From Opitutales bacterium (lineage in GTDB: Bacteria; Verrucomicrobiota; Verrucomicrobiia; Opitutales; JABSRG01): a stretch of DNA of 64,000 bases. Positions 1 through 12,396 of the stretch are shown here, one piece after another. The stretch is from contig JBMYOQ010000009.1 of assembly GCA_049599475.1 (NCBI GenBank), forward strand, positions 1-64,000, in the 5' to 3' direction. The translations under genes were made by a program, and so were the position numbers. Every line of letters begins with the position of its first letter. The first letter of the stretch is position 1. The notes below the pieces were generated by a model that did not search any database, was not told where the DNA came from, and worked only from the letters and a program-made list of their open reading frames with translations.

Positions 1-183
1 GTAGACAAAACCATATAACCATAAAGCTCAATAATTATTCGAACTGGTATTATTCTAAATTTGAAAATTGGAGATGTGTAGGAACGCCAGTGGACGCTTC
101 TATTGGGCATCTAGAATTCTGTTTTCTCACGCATTGGTGTGAGGGGGGCGCACTTAGGGCCTTTGCTTGCGAAGAGCAGGAGT

Positions 184-267
184 GGTAGGGGGATCCGTTT
201 CGGTGAGCCGATCGAGGCCCTAGCAAAAGCGTAAATTCTGCGGCTCACCGGGACGGTTCGCCCTACC
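184..267. repeat. REPIN-like inverted repeat, family 1
   Basis: Arms GGTAGGGGGATCCGTTTCGGTGAGCCG (184-210) and CGGCTCACCGGGACGGTTCGCCCTACC (241-267) are 23/27 complementary with GTAG ends, typical of REP doublets. Confidence 0.75.
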
Positions 268-360
268 CTTTGTTTTCCAAAATGATTTTGAAAAAGGGTC
301 AGATTGATCAAACGCGCTGCAGCCTTCCTTTGGAAAAGCCCTACAGAGTTGAGTTTCCGT

Positions 361-744
361 TTAGATGAATTTCGGCGGAGGTGTGTCCACCGTGGAAAGA
401 ATTTTTGGAACGTAAAAACCTGTTTCTAAAACTTGAAACCGGACAAAAGATCGATTTGGCCTTACCGTTTTTTCATCTTCAATGAATAAGAGGCTTAAGT
501 TCTTAAGCAGAAAATTTTGCCCTAAATTGGCTTCGGGCTTCTCAATGGGTGTCTTGGCCAGAGAAATACACATGCTGCATGGCCGTGCCCCGCTAAATGT
601 ATCTTTCAACGCACTACGCAGGGATGCACCTTCAGAATACTCGACAAGCATGACACCCCAGGCCGATATTTGTAAAAGTGACTTCGGCCCAATCATCAAG
701 CACGTTATAAAAACGAGTGAGATGGTATAAAAAATAGCCTTCAT
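361..744 (-). CDS. Hypothetical membrane protein, DUF2946-like (CxxC plus C-terminal PP)
   Basis: N-terminal hydrophobic segment, PCSMC motif, C-terminal TPPP. Confidence 0.55.
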   Translation of the reverse strand: MKAIFYTISLVFITCLMIGPKSLLQISAWGVMLVEYSEGASLRSALKDTFSGARPCSMCISLAKTPIEKPEANLGQNFLLKNLSLLFIEDEKTVRPNRSFVRFQVLETGFYVPKILSTVDTPPPKFI

Positions 745-796
745 TTTTGGTGAAGACTATTTCTGTTTAAAGGGTAGTTCAAGGCTTCGGTAAGGT

Positions 797-1204
797 CTAC
801 TTGCTTGCCTTGGCGAGTTCCTGAGCGAGAGCAAAGCGCACTGTGGATTCGAGGCGCTCCAGCTCGGCCGGATCGATTGAATCATCTGCTTCGTCGAGAG
901 CCTTTTGAGCACGCTCCTTAGCAGCCTTCACTTCTTCGAGATCAATCTTTTGCACATCGATCGCTGCCTCAGTGAGGATGGCAACTGTGTTTGAGTAAAC
1001 CTCAGCGAAGCCCTTATCGACTGCGAGAGCTTCGGCGCCGCCATTGCGCTCGACGCGGAGCTGCCCCGCTTCGATCTGAGTTAAAACGGGAATGTGGCCA
1101 GGAAGCACGCCCATTTGGCCTTCGGTAGTCGGAAGGATCACCGAATCGACGGATTCGTCAAAAGCAACGGCGTATGGTGTGACGATTTTGAGAGCAATTG
1201 CCAT
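797..1204 (-). CDS. atpC: ATP synthase F1 epsilon subunit
   Basis: LKIVTP...GQMGVLPGH motif; last gene of atp operon. Confidence 0.97.
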   Translation of the reverse strand: MAIALKIVTPYAVAFDESVDSVILPTTEGQMGVLPGHIPVLTQIEAGQLRVERNGGAEALAVDKGFAEVYSNTVAILTEAAIDVQKIDLEEVKAAKERAQKALDEADDSIDPAELERLESTVRFALAQELAKASK

Positions 1205-1224
1205 TTGGGCTAGTTCTTAAATGA

Positions 1225-2652
<1,428 letters not shown>

Positions 2653-2683
2653 CTAATTTGTTTTTGAAAGGTTGTTTTAAAGG

Positions 2684-3568
2684 TTAGCTGCTGGCTGCTG
2701 TGGCCGCGGAGATTTCGAGGATTTCTTGAGTAATCGCGGCCTGACGTGCCTTGTTGTACTGGAGCTGGAGGCTCTTTCCGAGGTTGTCCGCGTTGTCCGT
2801 CGCCGTCTTCATAGCGACCATACGCGCGCTATGCTCGGAAGCTTTGGATTCGTAGAGAAGTTGATGGATCTCTTGGCGGACAAAGAGGCGTGGAAGCTCT
2901 TCGAAGATGGCTTCGATAGAAGGCTCGAATTTCAATTCGCGTGTTTCCGATGGAAGTTCGCCGATATCATCCTTGCCCGCACGCGCTCTGAGCTTCTCGA
3001 GCATGTCGTGGACGCTGATGAAAGGAACAACCGTGAAGAGCGTAGGCTCTTGCTTTAGCGTGTTGATGAAAGCTGGGTAGATGACTTCGATGGTGTCAAT
3101 CACACCGTCCTCAAAATCCTTGAGCAGGGTATCGAGCATCGGGCGCACTTCTGCGAACTTCACATCGTCGGTGAGTTCGAAATCCGCCACCATGTTCTTC
3201 TTAGCACGTGAAAGGAATTGGCGAGACTTACGACCGATTGAGTAGTAACGGATGTCGCCCTCTTCCTGCGTAAGTGCACGGAATAAGTTTGAATTCAACG
3301 GTCCGCAGAGACCCTTGTCTGTAGAGAAAACGAGGATACCGCGTGTCTTGACTTCGCGCTTTTCGAAGTAGGGATGGTTTTGCGTCTCCGCGTAAGGCAA
3401 GATCGTCTCAACCATGTTCGCGAGGAGCTGGCTGTAAGAGCGTCCCGCAGTCGCAGCTTGTTGCGCACGACGCATCTTGGACGCAGCCACCATCTGCATC
3501 GCGCGGGTGATCTGCTTTGTGTTTTTGACCGACTTGATGCGTCGGCGGATGTCACGGAGACTTGCCAT
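2684..3568 (-). CDS. atpG: ATP synthase F1 gamma subunit
   Basis: RIKSVKNTKQITRAMQMVAASK; NKARQAAITQEI. Confidence 0.99.
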   Translation of the reverse strand: MASLRDIRRRIKSVKNTKQITRAMQMVAASKMRRAQQAATAGRSYSQLLANMVETILPYAETQNHPYFEKREVKTRGILVFSTDKGLCGPLNSNLFRALTQEEGDIRYYSIGRKSRQFLSRAKKNMVADFELTDDVKFAEVRPMLDTLLKDFEDGVIDTIEVIYPAFINTLKQEPTLFTVVPFISVHDMLEKLRARAGKDDIGELPSETRELKFEPSIEAIFEELPRLFVRQEIHQLLYESKASEHSARMVAMKTATDNADNLGKSLQLQYNKARQAAITQEILEISAATAASS

Positions 3569-3588
3569 CGGGTTTCGCTAAGTTCGAA

Positions 3589-5124
3589 TTACTTCTTGAA
3601 AGAAGCCTTCCAGGTAGTGACCGCCTTGCGGAGGTTGGCATCGCTCTCGTCTGAGATCTTTTGCTCAGTACGGATCGTTTCCATGAGTTTGGTTTCAGCA
3701 GTTTCGAAATAGTCGCGGAGGCTCTGAGTTGCAGGAACAACGTCGTCTACTTCGATATCGTCGAACATGTCGTTCTGGACGGCCCAGATAAGACCTGCTT
3801 GCACCTCAACAGAGTAAGGGTTGAAGGCGTTTTGCTTGAAGAGCTCAACCACACGCTGACCGCGGTCGATTTGTGCCTTGGTCTTCGGATCGAGGTCGGA
3901 ACCAAACTGAGCGAAGGCCGCAAGTTCACGGAATTGCGCGAGCTGGAGCTTGATCTTACCGGCAACCTTCTTGATCGCCTTGATCTGAGCGGCAGATCCT
4001 ACACGAGAAACGGAGATACCTACGTTAATCGCTGGGCGGATACCCTTATTGAACAAGTCGGTATCGAGGAAGACCTGACCGTCGGTGATCGAGATCACGT
4101 TGGTTGGAATGTAAGCCGATACGTCACCCGCTTGGGTCTCGATAATCGGAAGCGCGGTGAGTGAGCCGTTACCGTTGTCCTCATTTACACGAGCAGAGCG
4201 CTCGAGGAGGCGGGAGTGAAGGTAGAAAACGTCACCTGGGTAAGCTTCACGACCTGATGGACGCTTGAGGATCAAAGAGATCTGACGGTAAGCAACCGCT
4301 TGCTTTGAAAGGTCATCATATACGATCAACGCGTCCTTGCCATTGAACATGAACCACTCACCCATCGCTGCACCCGAGAATGGAGCGAGGAATTGGTTGG
4401 CAGGATTGTCACCCGCAGGAGCGGAAACAACGATCGTGTATTCCAGGGCACCGGCCTCTTCGAGGACCTTGATGGTGCGGGAAATATTAGCGTTCTTCTG
4501 ACCAACAGCTACGTAAACAGAGTATACTGGGCGGAAGCTTGGATCGCCTGAAGCGAGGCCCACCTTGTTGATACGTGCTTGGTTGATGATGGTGTCGATC
4601 GCGACAGTGGTCTTACCTGTTGAGCGGTCACCGATGATGAGCTCACGTTGTCCACGGCCGATTGGAATCATCGCGTCTACCGACATGATACCGGTCTGCA
4701 ATGGCTGGTCGACAGACTTACGTGGGATAATACCTGGAGCGATACGCTCAACTGGGTAGCGCTCAGTCGCTTGGATGGGGCCCTTGCCGTCGACAGGGTC
4801 ACCGATGACATCGACCACGCGTCCGAGAAGGCCTTCGCCTACAGGGACTGAAAGGAGCTTGCCAGTAGTCTTTACTTCGTCGCCTTCCTTGAGGTTCGCT
4901 ACGTCACCGAGGAGAACGCAACCGACTTCGTCTTCTTCAAGGTTGAGTGCGATACCGGTAGCGCCACCAGGAAACTCAAGCATTTCCATGTACATGGCTT
5001 CCGATAGGCCATCCACCTTCGCGACACCGTCGGCGATGGTGGTAATGGTGCCGACATTCTTCTTGTCGACTCCGGTATTGAGGCTAGCGATTTCTTTTTC
5101 GATTTGTTCGACGATGCTGCTCAT
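3589..5124 (-). CDS. atpA: ATP synthase F1 alpha subunit
   Basis: [26 protein letters not shown]. Confidence 0.99.
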   Translation of the reverse strand: MSSIVEQIEKEIASLNTGVDKKNVGTITTIADGVAKVDGLSEAMYMEMLEFPGGATGIALNLEEDEVGCVLLGDVANLKEGDEVKTTGKLLSVPVGEGLLGRVVDVIGDPVDGKGPIQATERYPVERIAPGIIPRKSVDQPLQTGIMSVDAMIPIGRGQRELIIGDRSTGKTTVAIDTIINQARINKVGLASGDPSFRPVYSVYVAVGQKNANISRTIKVLEEAGALEYTIVVSAPAGDNPANQFLAPFSGAAMGEWFMFNGKDALIVYDDLSKQAVAYRQISLILKRPSGREAYPGDVFYLHSRLLERSARVNEDNGNGSLTALPIIETQAGDVSAYIPTNVISITDGQVFLDTDLFNKGIRPAINVGISVSRVGSAAQIKAIKKVAGKIKLQLAQFRELAAFAQFGSDLDPKTKAQIDRGQRVVELFKQNAFNPYSVEVQAGLIWAVQNDMFDDIEVDDVVPATQSLRDYFETAETKLMETIRTEQKISDESDANLRKAVTTWKASFKK

Positions 5125-5164
5125 TGCAAAAGTTCTGTTGGCAGGTTTTTCTTAAAAGGGAAAG

Positions 5165-5554
5165 TTATTGGACTTGTGTTGCGAGGGCTTGGAGGCGGCC
5201 GGCTACAGAGGCGTCGTAGACATCGTCTGCGACAGACACGCGAATTCCGGCGATCAGTTCTTCATTCTCCTCAGTCACGACCTCGAGCTTGCGATCGTAT
5301 TGCGCCTCATACTTTTCAGAGATTTGCTTGAGGGCTTCTGGGGAAAGTGCACCCGCGTATTCCACGGTGATAGTCTGCTCACGCACCGCTTTTTTTACGG
5401 TATCCAAGTAGGCAGTGAGAACGGCCTTGGGATCGCGGAGCTTTGTCTCACGGAGACCGTACAATACCTTTTCAACTCCTGCAGAGGTCACCAAGCCATC
5501 CTCTTTGGAGAGCTCGAGAAGTTTGGTTGCAAGGGCTTCGGGTTGAATGTTCAC
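5165..5554 (-). CDS. atpH: ATP synthase delta subunit (short form)
   Basis: LIAGIRVSVADDVYDASV C-terminal OSCP motif; position between atpF and atpA. Confidence 0.9.
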   Translation of the reverse strand: MNIQPEALATKLLELSKEDGLVTSAGVEKVLYGLRETKLRDPKAVLTAYLDTVKKAVREQTITVEYAGALSPEALKQISEKYEAQYDRKLEVVTEENEELIAGIRVSVADDVYDASVAGRLQALATQVQ

Positions 5555-5575
5555 AGTCGGTGCGAGGCGTAAAAA

Positions 5576-6115
5576 TTAGTTGTTTCCGTGAAGGAGAGAA
5601 ACGGCGCTGTCGTTGAAGCGTGTGCGCTCGTCTGCAGTGAGGTCTTTGCTGAGAACCTTGCTGGTTGTAGAAACGACGAGTTGAGCAATTTCCTGGCGGA
5701 CTTCAGAAAGCATGCGCTCGCGGTCGAGCTCGTTTGCTTGCTTTGCTTGCTTGATCATATCCTCAACCTTTGCAGAGGTGAGCTGGACTTGCTGATCGTA
5801 GTAAGTCTTGGCCTGGTCACGGGCTTCCTTGACGATGGCCTGCGCTTCTTCGGAAGCTTTGCGGGTGAGTTCCGCTTGCTCGCGCTCAGATTCGGCAAGC
5901 TTGGACTTCATTTCCTCTGCATACTGCAGGCCGTCAGAGATCTTAGTCTGACGCTCTTCCATGGTAGCCAAGATTGGCTTCACAGCGAAGAAGTAGAGAA
6001 GCAGAGCGACTATGATAAAGTTGAGGGCCTGGGCGATGATCAGGGATACATTCAGCCCGAATTGTCCTCCTTCAGAGCCCGCATCAGCGGCAGCGAGTAT
6101 AGTCAAGAAATCCAT
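5576..6115 (-). CDS. atpF: ATP synthase F0 subunit b
   Basis: Single TM (QALNF...KPI) followed by coiled coil; operon position. Confidence 0.95.
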   Translation of the reverse strand: MDFLTILAAADAGSEGGQFGLNVSLIIAQALNFIIVALLLYFFAVKPILATMEERQTKISDGLQYAEEMKSKLAESEREQAELTRKASEEAQAIVKEARDQAKTYYDQQVQLTSAKVEDMIKQAKQANELDRERMLSEVRQEIAQLVVSTTSKVLSKDLTADERTRFNDSAVSLLHGNN

Positions 6116-6168
6116 GAGAAAAAGAGGTTTGCCCGACTGGCTTGAACCAATCGGGCAAAATTAAGAAA

Positions 6169-6414
<246 letters not shown>

Positions 6415-6468
6415 TTAGTCGAGGGTGCCCACACATCTATCTGGCAATGGTCCCACCCAAGAAAGGGA

Positions 6469-7341
6469 TTAGTGGTGTTCGTCGTGCTCTCCGTCGCCGT
6501 GGTTACAGATCAGGCCGATGTAGACACAGACCAAGAGGCAGAAAACAAGGGCCTGAACGAATCCGACCATGGTTTCAAAAAGGTAGAACGGGAAGGCAAC
6601 GACTGGGAAGCTCGGGAGAATATTGAGCATCTTGTCGAGGAGTGATTCACCCCCGTAGACGTTACCAAAGAGACGCAGCGAAAGCGAAACCGGCCGAATA
6701 GCAATAGACACCAGCTCAATGATACCGACTGCGCCGAAGAGAAGAAAAAGTGGATAGTAGATCGCAGAGGGAGTAGAGCTCTTGTCAGCCTTATTACCAA
6801 AAATATCGATAAGGAATACCTTAGGGCCCGCATACTTCATAATGTAGAAGAGCCACATGATCATAGCGATCGCCGCGAGAGCAGCTGTCGAATTCAGATC
6901 GGAGTGCGCTGGGCGGAACCAGTATTTCATGTGCCCCTCTTCGTCTACCATACCAAAGGCACCCACAGTTGGGAGAAGACCCGACCAGTTGTGCATCAAG
7001 ATATAGAGGAACAAACAGATAATGAACGGAAACACCGGCGCTACCATCTGTTTGCCGACGATCGGCTCCATCATGCCCTTGGTTCCTGAGATTATAGACT
7101 CAATTACGCCCTGACCGCGACTTGGCACGAGTTGTGGTTTACCCACGATCATCTTCACAGCCAAAATAATCAGCAGAGAAATCACCCATGTCGTCACCAT
7201 CGCATTGGTAATCGGTAAACCAAACAAACTAGTCAGCTCGTAAGCCTTTGGGCTCACTCCGTCACTTCCCGCTGCTGAAAGGGAAGCTGGAATTGCAATG
7301 ATTGCACTCAGAAGAGTTACAATGCGTGTGAGATAATGCAT
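6469..7341 (-). CDS. atpB: ATP synthase F0 subunit a
   Basis: RPVSLSLRLFGN, VQALVF. Confidence 0.97.
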   Translation of the reverse strand: MHYLTRIVTLLSAIIAIPASLSAAGSDGVSPKAYELTSLFGLPITNAMVTTWVISLLIILAVKMIVGKPQLVPSRGQGVIESIISGTKGMMEPIVGKQMVAPVFPFIICLFLYILMHNWSGLLPTVGAFGMVDEEGHMKYWFRPAHSDLNSTAALAAIAMIMWLFYIMKYAGPKVFLIDIFGNKADKSSTPSAIYYPLFLLFGAVGIIELVSIAIRPVSLSLRLFGNVYGGESLLDKMLNILPSFPVVAFPFYLFETMVGFVQALVFCLLVCVYIGLICNHGDGEHDEHH

Positions 7342-7576
7342 TTTGGCTATTAAGATTGAGAGCGTTTGAGCGAGATGAGGAATCTCCGGAGCCGTTTTGA
7401 ATGGAGAAGCACCTCGAAACCGTCAACCATTGTTTCCCGAAATTAGTGTCGGTAAAACAAATGCGAAAATAGTTAATAAGCCCTGCTTATACACGAGAGT
7501 GGTTTTACTTTGCACTTTTTCATTGGCCCCACCCCACTTTTCCACTGTAGAATCTGTGCCTTAGATTGTTCAGAAA

Positions 7577-7810
7577 ATGCCCGAAGTCCCCAATATTACT
7601 GAAAATTTAGCCCGCCTCCGTGAGAAGCGAGGCAACGTAGTATTTAATGAGGAGACGGCTTCGGCCCCTAAGCCTCCCAAGAGGACACAGGTCGAACGGG
7701 TTAAATCCTACCGCGCATCTCCGCTATCGTGGTTAGCAATCGGCCTCGCTGGAGCCTTATTCATATTTGAGGTCGTCGCTGCGAATCTATTTACGATTTT
7801 GAATCGGTAA
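7577..7810 (+). CDS. Small hypothetical membrane protein
   Basis: 77-aa ORF with C-terminal TM helix, divergent from atpB. Confidence 0.55.
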   Translation: MPEVPNITENLARLREKRGNVVFNEETASAPKPPKRTQVERVKSYRASPLSWLAIGLAGALFIFEVVAANLFTILNR

Positions 7811-7889
7811 GAGGCCCGGAAGCCACCGGACGTCTCGACAAGGCTGATCTACACTTTGCCGAAAGAATACCCTCGGAAAACCTTCTAGA

Positions 7890-7975
7890 GGTAGACGCCG
7901 ATCTCCGAGCGGTGGACCCAGCGATTACGCTCAGCTGTCACGCAGCACTCAGCCGCTCGGAGATCGGCTGCCACC
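7890..7975. repeat. REPIN-like inverted repeat, family 2
   Basis: GGTAGACGCCGATCTCCGAGCGG ... CCGCTCGGAGATCGGCTGCCACC with a 16-bp perfect core. Confidence 0.75.
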
Positions 7976-8131
7976 AAACATCCTGATCTATGCTAACTAA
8001 AGTACCCCTCGCGATACCTTTAGTTTTCGCGATTACCTTCCAGAAACAGAATTCAGCGCACTCGTCTCCGACACCCGAGTAATCCTATCCCCTCGCTTGA
8101 TTTTAAGAACCCTTTAGATTCACTATTCGAC

Positions 8132-8596
8132 ATGGCCCATCCAACAGAATTCGTGATCAATAAGCTACGCGAGGCAGCGGACAGACTCGCTAACGAAAAC
8201 GACTACCACTGGGGACACACCGGTCGCTGCAACTGCGGAACCCTCGCACAATGCATCACCGATCTGTCTGCGGAGGAGATCTACCGACACTCTCAAGCCC
8301 AGAGATTAGGAGAATGGTCAGAATTCGCGGAGACATACTGTGAAGATAGCGGTGCTCCGGTGGATAGCATCATCGATACGATGATCCGCGCGGGATTCAA
8401 CCTGAAGGATATCCGACACCTGGAGCACTTGTCGGATCGCACAATCCTCAAAGCGATACCCGGCGGTCCGCGTTACCTACGCAAATCGGACAAACAGCAC
8501 GTGATTCTTTACATGCGCACCTGGGCGAGCCTGCTGGAGCTCGAGGCAAAGGAAACAAGCAAGCAGAGCAAGGCCTCCACTCTGGCATCCGTATAG
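8132..8596 (+). CDS. Hypothetical protein with YxWGHxGxCNCG motif
   Basis: 154-aa ORF, protein-like composition, Cys/His cluster. Confidence 0.75.
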   Translation: MAHPTEFVINKLREAADRLANENDYHWGHTGRCNCGTLAQCITDLSAEEIYRHSQAQRLGEWSEFAETYCEDSGAPVDSIIDTMIRAGFNLKDIRHLEHLSDRTILKAIPGGPRYLRKSDKQHVILYMRTWASLLELEAKETSKQSKASTLASV

Positions 8597-8786
8597 AACT
8601 GAGAATTTCGTGAAAATCGGCTCTTGAGCCATTCCTAGCTTAGGAATCGAGCCCAACAAACGATATTATCCCATACAATCGGGATCATTCAGTCTAGATT
8701 GCGGTCGCACGCGATTTCGATATTGATTGGACCTTTCCTTCAAAGGCACTATAAAAGACCGCTCTTTGCTATACTGCTGAATTAGC

Positions 8787-9713
8787 ATGCTCTACGACCG
8801 TCCCTACATGAAATCAGAATTTGAGCCACGCCGCCTCGGTTATTTGGCTTGGTTCGCGATTATTTGCGGTGTCCTGTTTGTCCTCGAGAGCGTAAGCAAA
8901 GCATTTTTCCCCGGTTTCGCAATCGGAGATTTCACGCGAGACTGGTTGGCCCTCGGCACTGTAAATTTGCAGCAATTCAAGATTTGGACGATCGCGAGCT
9001 ACGGGTTCCTGCACGGCGGCCTCCTCCACATCCTCTTCAACCTGCTCTTGATCATCCTTATCGGCAGGCAACTTGAGAGCCGTCTAGGCGAGAAACAAAC
9101 CATCTACCTGCTAGGTGCCGGTATCGTCGTCGGAGCACTCGTGTTCTTAGCAGTCAATTTCAACCGCCCCAACAGTTACGTCCTCGGAGCATCGGCTGGA
9201 GCCATGGCTCTCCTGACGACCTTTTGCCTTTTGAACTACGAGCGCCCACTCACTTTCCTGCTCTTCATGATCCTTCCGGTGACGCTCAAGGCGAAGTATA
9301 TCCTCTGGGCCCTGGTAGGCATCGATGCCTTTATGCTGCTCACGAGCGAAATCCCCGGGGCACGAGGCGGCGTATCCATCGCACACTCCGCTCACCTGGG
9401 TGGGGCACTCGCAGGGTTTGTCTATTTCCGATACTTCCTTGGGCATTCTATGCCGAATCCCTTTGCCGGCCTGTTTAAATCTAAGCCCAAGGCCCGGACA
9501 GAGACTGCTTCACATGTCGAAGTCGTGAGCACGCCCAAGGAGAACCGATTTAACTACCGCCCCAAACAGCAAACCGTAAATTTGAGCAACCGCAACGACG
9601 TCCAAAAGGAGGTCGACCGCATTTTAGACAAGATCAATACTCAGGGATTCGGCTCTCTCAACCCCGCAGAGAAAGCCACTCTCGAGCGGGCGCGCGACAT
9701 GCTAAGCAAATAA
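8787..9713 (+). CDS. Rhomboid family intramembrane serine protease
   Basis: HxxxxHxxxN, GASAG, AHSAHLGG; C-terminal VDRILDKI...G..SL helical tail. Confidence 0.95.
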   Translation: MLYDRPYMKSEFEPRRLGYLAWFAIICGVLFVLESVSKAFFPGFAIGDFTRDWLALGTVNLQQFKIWTIASYGFLHGGLLHILFNLLLIILIGRQLESRLGEKQTIYLLGAGIVVGALVFLAVNFNRPNSYVLGASAGAMALLTTFCLLNYERPLTFLLFMILPVTLKAKYILWALVGIDAFMLLTSEIPGARGGVSIAHSAHLGGALAGFVYFRYFLGHSMPNPFAGLFKSKPKARTETASHVEVVSTPKENRFNYRPKQQTVNLSNRNDVQKEVDRILDKINTQGFGSLNPAEKATLERARDMLSK

Positions 9714-9775
9714 GCGAGGGACCCCGCAACGTTTCCAAACCATTTCAGATTAAGATTTTCAGACCCACTTCACAT

Positions 9776-12160
9776 ATGACCGACATTCGACGACCCTCTA
9801 TTATCATCATCAGCGCAATCTTACTTCTGTCGATCGGGATTGCCCAAGAAGACGCCGCGCCATCAGCTCCAGCGACCCCACCTGAGCTGGAGACCACCAA
9901 GAGCATGCAGCGCGAAACCCAAAAGGCTATCCAGATGCTCGAGCGCGCTCACTACAACCAGGAGCCCCTGTCGGAGATCGATTTCGAAGCCTTCATCCAG
10001 CAGTTCATGACCGACCTGGATTACAATCACATGTATTTCCTGCGCTCAGACTACGAAGCCTTCAAAACTCGCTACGCCAAGACCATGCGCGGATGGCTAC
10101 GCCGCGGGGAACTCTTCCCAGCATTCGAGATTTTCACTCGCTTCCGTGATAACGCCCTCAACCGCATCGAATGGATCAACAAGCGCTTGGAGGGAGAGTT
10201 CGACCTAAAACAAGACCGCGTTTTCCGTCCCGACCGCAACAAAGAAGACTGGCCAGCAGATGCCCAGGCCGCAGATGCACTCTGGGAAACCCGACTCACT
10301 TACGACATTGTAAACCAAGTCCTTCCGACTCTCGCAAAACAAGAAGATGCCGAGGCAGAAGGTGAAGAAGTCGAGGAAGAGAAAACTTACGAGGAGATCG
10401 TTACTGAAGCTAAAGAGAAGGTACAACGCAGATACGAGCGCTGGAAAGACAACCTCCTTGAGATCGATTCACTCGCAGTCCAAGAGACTTTCATTTCTGC
10501 CCTCGCACACCAATACGACCCACATTCCAATTTCATGTCGGCGGATACACTGGGTGATTTTGAGATGTCCATGAAGAATTCCTTCGTCGGCATTGGAGCA
10601 CTCCTTTACGACGACGATGGCTTTTGCACCATCCTCGAATTGCTTCCCGGTGGGCCTGCAGAGCAGAGCCGCGAGCTCGATGCTGGAGACGTGATCGTCG
10701 GTGTCGGACAAGGCCCTGAAGGCACATTCACCGATGTCATCGACCTAAACCTCAAAAAGATCGTCAAGCTGATCAAAGGGGAATCGGGCACCACAGTGCG
10801 CCTGAAAATTCGCCCCAACCCGGAGTCGTCCGACGAGCGTATCGTCGCCCTCGAGCGCGGCGAAATTAAGCTCACCGCCAATCTCGCATCCGCAGAGCTT
10901 CACAGTGTCCCGCTCGATAAAGAGACAGTATCGATTGGAGTCATCGATCTCCCATCATTCTACGGAGGTGACGGTGTAGACATCTCAAATTCAACAGGCG
11001 ATGTCGAAGAACTGATCAAGAAGCTCGAAAAAATTGGCATCGAAGGCCTCGTCCTCGATCTACGTCGCAATGGCGGAGGCCTCTTAAATGAGGCAATAGA
11101 CCTCACCGGCCTATTCATTCCCGAAGGCCCCGTAGTCCAAATCCGCGATTCCCTCGGCGATACACGCACCCGTTTCGACGAAAATACGAAGGTTGCCTAC
11201 AACGGCCCACTTACCGTGCTCGTCTCTCGCTACAGCGCGTCCGCATCCGAGATTGTCGCAGGAGCCCTGCAAAACCACAACCGTGCCGTCGTCATCGGCG
11301 ACAAGACCACCCACGGCAAGGGCACTGTACAGGCGCTATTTAAGGTATCCAGCCGCTCGCTATTCGCTCAAATCACCGACGAGAAGACAGGCGCAGCAAA
11401 AATCACGATTCAGAAATTCTACCTGCCCAACGGATCATCGACACAGCACCTCGGCGTATCCTCGGATATCGCGATGGACTCCATCAACCATATGCTGCCA
11501 ATCGGCGAATCTGATTTAGACAACGCCCTGCCCTGGGACACCATTTCTCCCGTTGAATGGGATATGAAAATGGAAGAATACCCATCCATCACCTGGACCA
11601 GCAACGACCTCCTAGAAGACCTTTCCTCCCTGAGCACCATCCGCCAGGAATCCCTTCCCGAGTTCGACTACACGCGCGATTACATCGACTGGTATGAAGG
11701 CGTTCGCAACAAAGAGACCGTTTCGCTCAACTTAGATGTTCGCCTCGCGGAGCGCTCTGAAAACAAAGAGCGCCGCGACAATATGGATGAGGAACTCAAA
11801 AGCCTGGCCACAGACAGCTACGAATTCTCCGAGATCAAACTCAGCATCACCGAAGAACAAGATGCCATCGCTGAACAGTTTAAAAAGGAAATCGCAGAGA
11901 TCAGAGCCACTGAAGAGGAAGACAGCTCAGACCCAGATGCTGGCTCTCTAGCTTCCCACGAGGCGACTCCCGACGAAGCTGAAGCGATGGAGGAAGAGGA
12001 AGAAGAACTCCCAGACTTCGACATCTACCTGCGTGAGGCATTACGCGTAACCCGCGACTGGGTAGCCCTCAACACCGGACGCGTCGATATGGAGACCCTT
12101 CAAGCTTCCATGATGCTCCCTGCCACCAGCGAAGAGATCACAGAGTCTCCGAAGCTCTAA
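9776..12160 (+). CDS. prc: Carboxy-terminal processing protease (Prc/Tsp, S41)
   Basis: Signal peptide, PDZ (GIGA), DLRRNGGG, SASASEI, GKGTVQ. Confidence 0.93.
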   Translation: MTDIRRPSIIIISAILLLSIGIAQEDAAPSAPATPPELETTKSMQRETQKAIQMLERAHYNQEPLSEIDFEAFIQQFMTDLDYNHMYFLRSDYEAFKTRYAKTMRGWLRRGELFPAFEIFTRFRDNALNRIEWINKRLEGEFDLKQDRVFRPDRNKEDWPADAQAADALWETRLTYDIVNQVLPTLAKQEDAEAEGEEVEEEKTYEEIVTEAKEKVQRRYERWKDNLLEIDSLAVQETFISALAHQYDPHSNFMSADTLGDFEMSMKNSFVGIGALLYDDDGFCTILELLPGGPAEQSRELDAGDVIVGVGQGPEGTFTDVIDLNLKKIVKLIKGESGTTVRLKIRPNPESSDERIVALERGEIKLTANLASAELHSVPLDKETVSIGVIDLPSFYGGDGVDISNSTGDVEELIKKLEKIGIEGLVLDLRRNGGGLLNEAIDLTGLFIPEGPVVQIRDSLGDTRTRFDENTKVAYNGPLTVLVSRYSASASEIVAGALQNHNRAVVIGDKTTHGKGTVQALFKVSSRSLFAQITDEKTGAAKITIQKFYLPNGSSTQHLGVSSDIAMDSINHMLPIGESDLDNALPWDTISPVEWDMKMEEYPSITWTSNDLLEDLSSLSTIRQESLPEFDYTRDYIDWYEGVRNKETVSLNLDVRLAERSENKERRDNMDEELKSLATDSYEFSEIKLSITEEQDAIAEQFKKEIAEIRATEEEDSSDPDAGSLASHEATPDEAEAMEEEEEELPDFDIYLREALRVTRDWVALNTGRVDMETLQASMMLPATSEEITESPKL

Positions 12161-12228
12161 AGGCAGTACTCGCCCTCCACACGGGCGGTTTTTGGCTGAG
12201 GTCACGCAATTTCGTTTTCGCGGTTCTG

Positions 12229-12251
12229 CCGCCCGGAGGTCGGCGGCTACC
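12229..12251 (-). repeat. Single REP copy, family 2
   Basis: Reverse complement GGTAGCCGCCGACCTCCGGGCGG matches the 7890 arm at 20/23. Confidence 0.65.
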
Positions 12252-12396
12252 CGATTCGGAAAAGCTACCTGACACCCAAACCGACCCTAAAGGCGGCGCT
12301 CGTTCTCTGTCCGAGGGATCTTCAGCTGGGATTGCCCGCTAAATCTTTTGAATTTCAGTGTTCTTTTAGCGCGAAAAGTGGCCACACTTCGCAGCG

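Noticed and set aside
111..311. 66-aa ORF on the minus strand
   Set aside because: It runs through the REPIN and has no protein-like features
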